DNA of 64,000 nucleotides from Oscillospiraceae bacterium. GTDB lineage: Bacteria; Bacillota; Clostridia; Oscillospirales; JAAYXM01. Shown in pieces: positions 47,768-54,658 of the stretch. The notes below the pieces were generated by a model, which was given only the letters and a program-made list of their open reading frames with translations, made no database searches and had not been told where the DNA came from. Position numbers and translations under genes: made by a program. Positions within the stretch are counted from its first letter, which is position 1; the number at the start of each line of letters is the position of its first letter. The stretch lies in assembly GCA_015068085.1 (NCBI GenBank), contig SVLF01000002.1, positions 39,861 through 103,860 on the forward strand. The letters are read 5' to 3'.

Positions 47768-48217
47768 TCATTTTATATAACTTTTTAATAGCTTATTGGC
47801 TATTTTCTCTGCGTCTTTCTTCGTTTTCGATATTATTTTAAACTCTTCGCCGTACCGCGGGTTATATTTGCTTTTAAAACCATCCTCTAGCGCATCAACT
47901 ATTCCATTTACAAACGGTTTGCCATCGAATCCCATATGGGCACTAAATCCCGCTCGACTTCTCGGATGAATTTTTGTCTCATCGAAGAAAACTTCAATGG
48001 TATAGTCGCAGAGGGCATTTTTGGTTATGCGACCATCAACAGCAGATATAAGGTCGTATGTGCGCTCATAATCTGAAGGCAAATAAGTCCCATAAAAGTC
48101 ATCATTTAGTCTTCTTAATAGTTCTTCTCTTGTTTCAATCATGATTTTTTTAGCCATTGCGCTTAATTGCAAGTCGTGCTTTCGCACGATTTTATCTATT
48201 TGTTGCTGAATACCCAT
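47768..48217 (-). CDS. Hypothetical protein (149 aa)
   Basis: Intact ORF tightly packed in the same operon. No motif recognised. Confidence 0.45.
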   Translation of the reverse strand: MGIQQQIDKIVRKHDLQLSAMAKKIMIETREELLRRLNDDFYGTYLPSDYERTYDLISAVDGRITKNALCDYTIEVFFDETKIHPRSRAGFSAHMGFDGKPFVNGIVDALEDGFKSKYNPRYGEEFKIISKTKKDAEKIANKLLKSYIK

Positions 48218-48435
48218 TTTAGTTTCTCTCCGAAAGACATTCGCTTTGTCTCAGTGCTTTCACTTGATACTTTATCCTTTTGAGAAGTGTTTGGTTTGTA
48301 AATCTTGAGATTGTTGTCGTAATAAAGATTTATCCAATTTGTTTTGTCGCTTCCTTCATTGAATAGGAAATCAGGAATGACAAGCCAGCCGAGAGGCTTT
48401 AGTTCAGTGTTTTTTCCATTTTCATTTTTATTCAT
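48196..48435 (-). CDS. Hypothetical protein (79 aa)
   Basis: Intact ORF. Overlaps the next gene by 22 nt and starts 3 nt after the HNH gene stop. Confidence 0.4.
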   Translation of the reverse strand: MNKNENGKNTELKPLGWLVIPDFLFNEGSDKTNWINLYYDNNLKIYKPNTSQKDKVSSESTETKRMSFGEKLKWVFSNK

Positions 48436-48437
48436 AA

Positions 48438-49085
48438 TTAAATAATTCCTTTCTGTTTTAGATATTCTGTTGCAGATTGTGTAGTAGTTTCAACTCCGTT
48501 ATTAATCGGTATTAATCCAATCATATCTCCGTTTAAGCTTAGAAAAATATCGCACTTGCGTCCGTTGATTGCAAGCTCTAATTTTTTCGCACACTCTTCA
48601 CGCTCAGTGAGAGTTTCGAGCTTTGCAAAACGATGCAAGAGAGCATGAACGTTTTGATTAATCCTCAGAAGATTGCCCACTGCGTTATTGTCTTCTGAAT
48701 CCGGATTATAGCTTTTAATATGATGAATCACCGTTGGTTTGTTGTTGTCTGTCACGAATGCAGTTATCTTATCGCTGAAATACTCTCCTACAAGCCTGTG
48801 TACCGCATAAACTCTATTCTTGCCACTAATATTAATGCAGATGCAGTGCTTTTTCTCATTCAAGCCTTCACTATCATTGCTGTATGTCTGAGCGCGGAGC
48901 GACTGCTTCATAATTTTGATTCCTTTGGTTCCCACAGACAGTACTCTACCGCGATCAGTAATGAATAAGTGGCTCCTGTGGTTAATCATCTGCCTCGCTG
49001 ATTCATTTTCGAGTAAGACATCATTTTTATACTTATCAAAAAGCTCTTTATATTCTTGGTCTGTTAATTTTTTATCTCTTCCCAA
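48438..49085 (-). CDS. HNH endonuclease (phage homing-endonuclease type)
   Basis: 215 aa, TTG start after GAAGGAG. ..YAVHRLVGEYF...TVIHHIKSYNPDSEDNNAVGNLLRINQNVHALLH.. is an HNH (H-N-H) core. Confidence 0.7.
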   Translation of the reverse strand: MGRDKKLTDQEYKELFDKYKNDVLLENESARQMINHRSHLFITDRGRVLSVGTKGIKIMKQSLRAQTYSNDSEGLNEKKHCICINISGKNRVYAVHRLVGEYFSDKITAFVTDNNKPTVIHHIKSYNPDSEDNNAVGNLLRINQNVHALLHRFAKLETLTEREECAKKLELAINGRKCDIFLSLNGDMIGLIPINNGVETTTQSATEYLKQKGII

Positions 49086-49362
49086 TTTATTACTCCTTCA
49101 TATTTAAATTTATTTTTACTCAATCCCGGTACTTGAGCTGTTGACTTATGCAACTCAAGCCCATAAATGAGATTAAAGATTTATTTTCCTAACGAATTTT
49201 ACGCCAGTAAAATGAGTTAGAAGCATGAGGTTACGCAGTAACCGATTGCTATATAGCCGATAGGCTAAAGTGAATATTTATATCTAATTTTTATCATATT
49301 TTTAATACCTCTTCTCTTTAATAAAAATTTCTTGAAAACCGCATGATTACTATGTTTTTTGA

Positions 49363-49385
49363 AAAGTTTAGGAAGGTCGATTTCC
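49363..49385 (-). terminator. Hairpin immediately after the helicase-like gene
   Basis: Minus strand: TTAGGAA-ATCGACC-TTCCTAA followed by ACTTTTC. Confidence 0.5.
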
Positions 49386-50578
49386 TAAGCTACCTTCAGC
49401 GCTTGGTTATTTAACGACATATTTAACCAGTTTATCAGTAAATTTCTCATTCTTATTGATGGTATGTATATGTTTATCTCTTCGCCTTTGCGAATTGCGG
49501 ATCGCCATATAAACTGAAGCATCTCTGAGAGTGCATATAAGTCTTCATCAACATTGATGTTTTTTCGATAAAAGAATTGAGTTACTGCCGGATGAAGATA
49601 TATATTTACGCAATACGCAATATTATATGTTTCATCGTATTCATTAGTTGCTCTACAATTACAGGCTAAGAACTTGCTTGAATATCCTTTGCCTTTTAAT
49701 TTCGACTTAGCTGCTTTAAATGTAGTCCATAGTATAGAACTTGCAGGAGCTTTTACTATATTTTGAAAATAGTTATATATGTTATTTTTGATTTTCATTT
49801 GAGTTTTTGTATTGGTCTTTGCGTTGAACCATGTTTTTGAAAGTGATGTTAATTTCTGATTGAAGTTATCATTCAAGCTTCCTTCATATATGTTGATTTT
49901 CTCTATAAACTGTGTTGTATCAGGCACGAAATAATCAACTATTGCATAACTGTCATCCTTTTTAATTACACTCTTTTTCTCATACTGGAATTCATATAAA
50001 TCAAAGTAGTGTTTCAGTATACTTGCTTCAAATAAATATGTAAGAACATATATCTTATCAAACAAAGTGAATATATCAGGTGGATATTTCCATAAGAGCA
50101 ACTTTTGATTAATGTAAATCAAGCTTCTATTCTGCGCTAAGTCTCTTATTTCATTATATTTTGTATCATAATCTTTCTTGTCCTCATTCCAAATAATGTA
50201 CCCCTCATCATCAACAGTAACGCATCCACTGTTTTTCAGCAAATCCATATCGTTCTGTTTAACATCGTCATACGGCTCAATGACATTAAGCACTTCATCA
50301 AGTATCAATGTATAATGACCTTCTTTAATGCGTTGTTTGCTTTCTTCGTTCAGGTGTTTGAAAAGCTCGTGTGTGCAAGTTATGTCTTCTTGCCCCTCTA
50401 ACAGGTCATTGATGCTTTGAAGCTTGCCTTCTCCTTTGTTTAAGGGCTGCTTGAAACTTCTATTGGTGGATGTGATGATGCGGTCTACCTCTTTCAAGAA
50501 TGGCGTTATGTATAAGATATTATCGTATTGATTTTCGTTGATGTACTGTATGCTCCACTGAGTCTTCCCCGAACCCAT
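49385..50578 (-). CDS. SF2 helicase/ATPase-like protein (P-loop NTPase); N-terminus uncertain
   Basis: Walker A GSGKT at residues 2-6 of the annotated ORF, Walker B LILDEV, and a motif-VI-like QFIWRSAIRKG. The reading frame stays open about 44 codons further upstream (to 50710) and encodes the expected beta strand ITVIDAL before the P-loop, but contains no ATG/GTG/TTG. Confidence 0.65.
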   Translation of the reverse strand: MGSGKTQWSIQYINENQYDNILYITPFLKEVDRIITSTNRSFKQPLNKGEGKLQSINDLLEGQEDITCTHELFKHLNEESKQRIKEGHYTLILDEVLNVIEPYDDVKQNDMDLLKNSGCVTVDDEGYIIWNEDKKDYDTKYNEIRDLAQNRSLIYINQKLLLWKYPPDIFTLFDKIYVLTYLFEASILKHYFDLYEFQYEKKSVIKKDDSYAIVDYFVPDTTQFIEKINIYEGSLNDNFNQKLTSLSKTWFNAKTNTKTQMKIKNNIYNYFQNIVKAPASSILWTTFKAAKSKLKGKGYSSKFLACNCRATNEYDETYNIAYCVNIYLHPAVTQFFYRKNINVDEDLYALSEMLQFIWRSAIRKGEEINIYIPSIRMRNLLINWLNMSLNNQALKVA

Positions 50579-50710
50579 TAGGGCATCTATAACCGTTATG
50601 GTTTTTGCATTTGCGTTTGTTATATAAAATCCTCTCCTTTGTTTAATTCGTGTTGTATGGTTGCTTTTATGTTCTCTCCATTGGGAACACCTCCTTATAT
50701 TGTTCTCTCT

Positions 50711-50890
50711 TTAAATAAGCTTTAGCATATCGAGATAACATTTAATTCTATCTTCCGTTTCGACTGACAATCTTAAATCATCACTCAAGTAACGATACAT
50801 AGCTGTTGGACTAATCCCAGCTTTGCTGCAAAACTTCGTCATTGGTGCGCCGGTAAGTTCAAGAAATGTTTTTATTCTTTCTTTTAACAT
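50711..50890 (-). CDS. Small HTH protein (59 aa, XRE/Cro-like)
   Basis: Below the ORF-track cutoff. ATG 50890 follows GAAAGGAGAA. Translation: MLKERIKTFLELTGAPMTKFCSKAGISPTAMYRYLSDDLRLSVETEDRIKCYLDMLKLI, with a clear helix-turn-helix (MTKFCSKAGISPTAMYRY). Confidence 0.6.
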   Translation of the reverse strand: MLKERIKTFLELTGAPMTKFCSKAGISPTAMYRYLSDDLRLSVETEDRIKCYLDMLKLI

Positions 50891-51163
50891 GATGTTCTCC
50901 TTTCTACATATTTATATCTTTCTACCTATTAACTAAACAGGTGAAAAAATAGCAAGAGGAGAGAAGCGGGAAGACATATCACAATCGAATTCGATATTAC
51001 AAGTGGAGCTGTAACCTCTCTCCTCTATATCTCAATAGAGATGTGAAAGGATGCATCTCATCTTACGACGGTGCAAACTACTTTCAGCAGTGTCGTATAC
51101 TAACACTCATCCCTACACTTGCTATAGGTCACAACTTTGATGTTTTTGTCAAATTTCCCGTAA

Positions 51164-51970
51164 TTATTTTGATTTTCTTTTCGCGTCGCATTTTTTACAA
51201 ATATTTTTGCGCCCGTCTTTGTTTCTCTTTTCCTTTGCGAATTCAGTTAATGGCTTGACTTCACCGCAACACTTACATGTTTTTTCAGTGTCGCATGGTA
51301 TTTCGATTATTTTTGTCCCGGTTATCATTTTTGCAAGATTTTTCAGTATAGTTCTTTGCTGGCTCTCGGTTAGTCCTATTTCTGTCTTGATTTCTTTAGA
51401 TGTTTTACCGCTTGTCTTAAGGCGTAGAAAATCTACTTCTGCTTTTGCGCGAATACCATACCCGTTTAGGAATGATACAACTTCTTTGCTATTTACGTCG
51501 CTAAAATAAACATCATCCGTAAGAAGGGCGTTTTCGATAATGGTATATGTATTTCCTTCTTCATCATCCCGCTCGTAGTAACTCATAGGTCTCACTTCTA
51601 TAGTTTTTTTGTTGTGTTGATGTTTTTCCGTTCTATTGAGGCTTTCGTCAAATGCTTCCCGAGTTTGAGTAAGTCCGGATTCATCCATTGCCAGTATGTA
51701 ATCAGCCGCAAGATCAAGCGGATGGTAATTATATTCTATCTTTGTACCGCCTTGCTCTTTTTTGTAAGCGTAAGAAATCCTATCTAATATCGCTCTTTTG
51801 TCAACATCCTTCTCGCACACATTAAAGAAGTCATATACCTCCCGCTCGTTTAATAATGTACGCACACACTCGACTCTTGTATCAATATTTTTTATGCTTC
51901 TGTCAAATGTTCCTACATTTATAAATTGTTTTGCCTGTCTCTGTAAATCAGAGTTGTAATTTTTTGTCAT
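51164..51970 (-). CDS. Sigma-70 region-4-like HTH protein with C-terminal CxxC...CxxC zinc ribbon (putative element transcription factor)
   Basis: 268 aa. ..DFLRLKTSGKTSKEIKTEIGLTESQQRTILKNLAKM.. resembles sigma region 4/LuxR-type HTH. The C-terminus is KTCKCCGEVKPLTEFAKEKRNKDGRKNICKKCDAKRK. Confidence 0.5.
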   Translation of the reverse strand: MTKNYNSDLQRQAKQFINVGTFDRSIKNIDTRVECVRTLLNEREVYDFFNVCEKDVDKRAILDRISYAYKKEQGGTKIEYNYHPLDLAADYILAMDESGLTQTREAFDESLNRTEKHQHNKKTIEVRPMSYYERDDEEGNTYTIIENALLTDDVYFSDVNSKEVVSFLNGYGIRAKAEVDFLRLKTSGKTSKEIKTEIGLTESQQRTILKNLAKMITGTKIIEIPCDTEKTCKCCGEVKPLTEFAKEKRNKDGRKNICKKCDAKRKSK

Positions 51971-52171
51971 TCGCTCAAAGCTCCATTCGAATTATTTCAG
52001 CAAAATTTATTGCCTACTCTTATATTCTCTGTTTGAAAAAAATTTTTGAGCGAATTTTCATCAATTTAGATTTGCGCGGGGGATTTGGTGTTGAAATTAT
52101 GATTTCATTGTGTTTTTTGAAAAATGAATAAAAAATTTAAGCCATGAAATTAATCATGACTTTAATCAGTA

Positions 52172-52915
52172 TCAACCTTTGTATTCACTTAATATTTTAT
52201 GCACAAGCCCTTTTGAGCACTGCATTTCGTCTTTTATCCTGTCTAAAGTATACCCTGCATCCTTCAACTCAATAATTTTCTTTTTTTGAGATTCATTAAA
52301 CTTTTCCGGTCTGCCTATTGATGAATATTTTTTCTTTATAGTTGAAAGTTCAGTCTTTAAACAATAATTTTCCCTTTCTAGTTCTCTAACCTGCTTTGAC
52401 ATTAATAACAATGTATTTTCAAGTGTCTCAATCTCGTCTGGTTTTAAGGAAAAACCCATATCATTCAGTTTTGAAATCACTTCCTCAAATGAGTTTTGAC
52501 CTAAATTGCGAACCTTTATCAAATCGCTTTTTGTTCTGTTTAATAAATCCTCCACTGTATTTATTCCTGCTCGTCTAAGGCAGTTATGAGTGCGAACAGA
52601 GAAGTCCATTTCCTCAATTTGTTTAAATCGTTCATTTTCTTTTTTGACTATTTCAGGTTGCTGAATCACTGTTTTGTGTTCATTTTCTTTTTTGACCAAG
52701 TCACTTCGCTGAGCTAATCCTCTAATGAAAGTTGTTAAACAATATATGTTGTCAATCATATCCTTTAGCCTGTCTTTGTCTTCTGTAATAAGGGTGTGCT
52801 TTCCTTGATAACCGTAACTTCTTAATTCATCCTCCAGCGACTGAAATGCACCATGTAGATTTAATATAGCTCCGCTGAGATTTGACTTTGCCACTACAAA
52901 CACCTCTTCGTTCAT
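52172..52915 (-). CDS. Chimeric regulator: RNA polymerase alpha C-terminal-domain-like (HhH) module plus resolvase-type HTH
   Basis: Residues ~99-157, [58 protein letters not shown], align with the RpoA alpha-CTD (E. coli ..[55 protein letters not shown]). The C-terminus [42 protein letters not shown] resembles the HTH of the element's own serine recombinase. The start may be GTG 52894, after GAAGAGGTG. Confidence 0.7.
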   Translation of the reverse strand: MNEEVFVVAKSNLSGAILNLHGAFQSLEDELRSYGYQGKHTLITEDKDRLKDMIDNIYCLTTFIRGLAQRSDLVKKENEHKTVIQQPEIVKKENERFKQIEEMDFSVRTHNCLRRAGINTVEDLLNRTKSDLIKVRNLGQNSFEEVISKLNDMGFSLKPDEIETLENTLLLMSKQVRELERENYCLKTELSTIKKKYSSIGRPEKFNESQKKKIIELKDAGYTLDRIKDEMQCSKGLVHKILSEYKG

Positions 52916-52929
52916 TAAACATTATGAAC

Positions 52930-52958
52930 ATTATATCAAAAATTTGTCGCACCGTCAA
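52930..52958 (-). promoter_or_regulatory. Near-consensus promoter for the leftward operon
   Basis: Minus strand: TTGACG (52958-52953), 17-nt spacer, TGaTATAAT (-10 at 52935-52930). Flanked by GTTCAT/ATGAAC inverted repeats (52910-52929). Confidence 0.65.
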
Positions 52959-52983
52959 TAAAATTGTTCAAATTCTTTTATGA

Positions 52984-53010
52984 ACAAAAAGCACCCGAAC
53001 CAATGGGTGC
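52984..53010 (-). terminator. Minus-strand intrinsic terminator upstream of the leftward promoter
   Basis: Minus strand: GCACCC-ATTGGTTC-GGGTGC followed by TTTTTGT. Confidence 0.6.
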
Positions 53011-53135
53011 TAAATTTAAGATTATATTATCCGGTTGAAATACTCTTCAAAGATTCTTTGTCTATTTATTTAACAGTTGCATATAATAGCAATGTAAACA
53101 AAATCCTTTATTAAGATAGTATCTGCACAAAACTA

Positions 53136-53164
53136 TTGACAAAAAAGGATTTTTAGTTTACAAT
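53136..53164 (+). promoter_or_regulatory. Consensus sigma-A promoter driving the structured RNA
   Basis: TTGACA (53136-53141), exactly 17 nt, TACAAT (53159-53164). Confidence 0.75.
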
Positions 53165-53170
53165 ATCAAT

Positions 53171-53336
53171 AGAAGATGATAGCTTTGACTATTCATCGTC
53201 ACGTTGAAGCAGTTAGCCGGTTCAGCATCGGTTAATTGTGGAGTGTCGGTTTGGGTTCGGTGCTACCGCAGGCTGAATAGGTTTTAAACCGAAAGAAAGC
53301 ATCAAGATAAGCCTCACTTTTGTGGGGCTTTTTCTT
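53171..53336 (+). ncRNA. Unclassified structured RNA / leader ending in an intrinsic terminator
   Basis: Hairpin GATGA..TCATC (53175-53197). Long-range helix CCGGTTCAGC (53217-53226) / GCTGAATAGG (53272-53281). CGGT-GCT-ACCG hairpin (53258-53268). Alternative TCGGTTT/AAACCGA pairings. Terminator AAGCCTCAC-TTTT-GTGGGGCTT plus TTTCTT (53309-53336). It matches no riboswitch class I can recognise by eye. Confidence 0.55.
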
Positions 53337-53350
53337 ATGAGGAGTTTGAA

Positions 53351-53959
53351 ATGGGATTATTTTTAGAAGCTGCAAAATGCTGGAACAGTTTGCAAAATAC
53401 GTCTTACTGTATAACATTTGGCAAAAATAAAAAATTAAAAAACATAAATCTCATATTTCGTGATGTCGATTTTGACCATCTCTCCGGTATTCATTATGCA
53501 GATGATGTTGATTTCAAATTACATAGAAATGAATATAGAGGGGATAAATTAATTCCGGCATTGCTCTCTCAAAAATTAGATGACGGATTGATAGAAAAAA
53601 GTAGTAACTGGGGTAAAATATCGGACAGGCTCTCAGCTGTAACTAACATATGTGATGTTTTAGAATCGAATTTCACGCTTTACTATTTTTCGCCAAACAG
53701 ACTTACCTTTCACTCGACCATCACAGCAGTGTATTTTTTGTACAGCGAACAGTTTTCAAACGGCATATTCTTATTTCTTGATAAAGAAGAGAACTGTTTT
53801 TATTGCAAGTCAGTGTTTAGCAAAGATGTAAGAGATTACTGCATAAATCAGACCAGACTGAAGGTACTTAAGAAAACAAAAATGGTCTGTGGCGAAGAAA
53901 AAACATTATTTGTGCATCCTAATTTTAAGGAAACGGAAAATGTCATATTAACTGTATAG
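53351..53959 (+). CDS. Hypothetical 202-aa protein, possible small nuclease/toxin-like protein
   Basis: SD GAGGAG 6 nt upstream. No signal peptide or TM segment. The segment NLIFRDVDFDHLSGIHYADD resembles, from memory only, the N-terminal motif of phage-associated barnase/EndoU/RelE-like (PBECR-type) nuclease domains. Unverified. Confidence 0.5.
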   Translation: MGLFLEAAKCWNSLQNTSYCITFGKNKKLKNINLIFRDVDFDHLSGIHYADDVDFKLHRNEYRGDKLIPALLSQKLDDGLIEKSSNWGKISDRLSAVTNICDVLESNFTLYYFSPNRLTFHSTITAVYFLYSEQFSNGIFLFLDKEENCFYCKSVFSKDVRDYCINQTRLKVLKKTKMVCGEEKTLFVHPNFKETENVILTV

Positions 53960-53966
53960 GATTGTA

Positions 53967-53996
53967 ACACTCTCATTTAGATGAGGGTGTTTTTTG
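53967..53996 (+). terminator. Rho-independent terminator of the 202-aa gene
   Basis: ACACTCTCAT-TTAG-ATGAGGGTGT followed by TTTTTTG. Confidence 0.8.
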
Positions 53997-54214
53997 TTTC
54001 TTCGATGTTCTAATTTTTGACTCGACGTGTGGATGGAACTGCTATACCGTTATCCGGAGAGAACGACGGTTTTATAAATGTAAACACAGCCCTGTACTGG
54101 CTTTTCCTCGGCATAACACACGCTAACACATAAACTTACATATTAAATATAATATACTCTAAAAACGCAATTCTGCGCCTGATACGGGTATTAGAACGCC
54201 CGCTCTGTTAGGTT

Positions 54215-54448
54215 TTAGGATTGCGTTTTTTCTTTGTCGTCTGGGATGTATTCAAGAATGTCTCCGACGTCGCAAGCTAGCAATCTGCATATAGTATCAA
54301 GCGTTTTCCATGACGGTAAATCTTTAGCTCTTATTTTTTGTATCATTGCTTCCCCTATTAATTTTTCTTTTCGCAATACATATGCTGAAAAATTTTTTTC
54401 TTTTAATTTCTCCAAAACATCAACTTTATATTTTATCAAGTTATACAC
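54215..54448 (-). CDS. XRE-family HTH repressor-like protein (77 aa)
   Basis: ..LRKEKLIGEAMIQKIRAKDLPSWKTLDTICRLLACDVGDILEY.. is the typical short XRE/HTH_26 pattern. Divergent from the rightward operon across an operator-rich region. Confidence 0.7.
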   Translation of the reverse strand: MYNLIKYKVDVLEKLKEKNFSAYVLRKEKLIGEAMIQKIRAKDLPSWKTLDTICRLLACDVGDILEYIPDDKEKTQS

Positions 54449-54501
54449 CTCTTTTAAGTGATTATATCAAACAATTCTTTTTATGTCAATAAGCACCATT
54501 T

Positions 54502-54598
54502 TTGCATACACTTATGTTAAGTGTACAATATACACAAGAAATAAGTGTGTACTTTGTGCAATCCGTCAATTGAAATACACTCAAAATAGGTGTATACT
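54502..54598 (+). promoter_or_regulatory. Switch region: two rightward promoter candidates overlapped by TACACTTA-type operators
   Basis: O1 is the perfect palindrome TACACTTA-TGT-TAAGTGTA (54507-54525), overlapping TTGCAT-N16-TACAAT. O2 is TAAGTGTGTACTT (54542-54554). O3 is TACACTCAAAATAGGTGTA (54576-54594), lying within TTGAAA-N17-TATACT. Confidence 0.6.
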
Positions 54599-54658
54599 TA
54601 TATCAAGCTCAAAGGGCAACACCCGAGAGCAAATAATATTTAAAGGAGTTGTTCACAA

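Noticed and set aside
53171-53308. Tandem 36-45-nt repeats expected for a classical ToxI/CptI type III antitoxin
   Set aside because: I compared the RNA against itself at offsets of ~30-50 nt and found no repeat periodicity. Only short CGGTT-type recurrences occur, at irregular spacing. The type III analogy therefore rests on architecture only.
53232-53417. 61-aa minus-strand ORF overlapping the structured RNA and the start of the 202-aa gene
   Set aside because: It has no RBS and lies antisense to a region with a consensus promoter, terminator and SD on the plus strand. It is most likely non-coding.
54017-54133. 38-codon TTG-initiated ORF in the slightly GC-richer spacer between the 202-aa gene and the XRE gene
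   Set aside because: It has no SD and lies between two convergent terminators. It is too short to evaluate, and could be a relic of older coding sequence.
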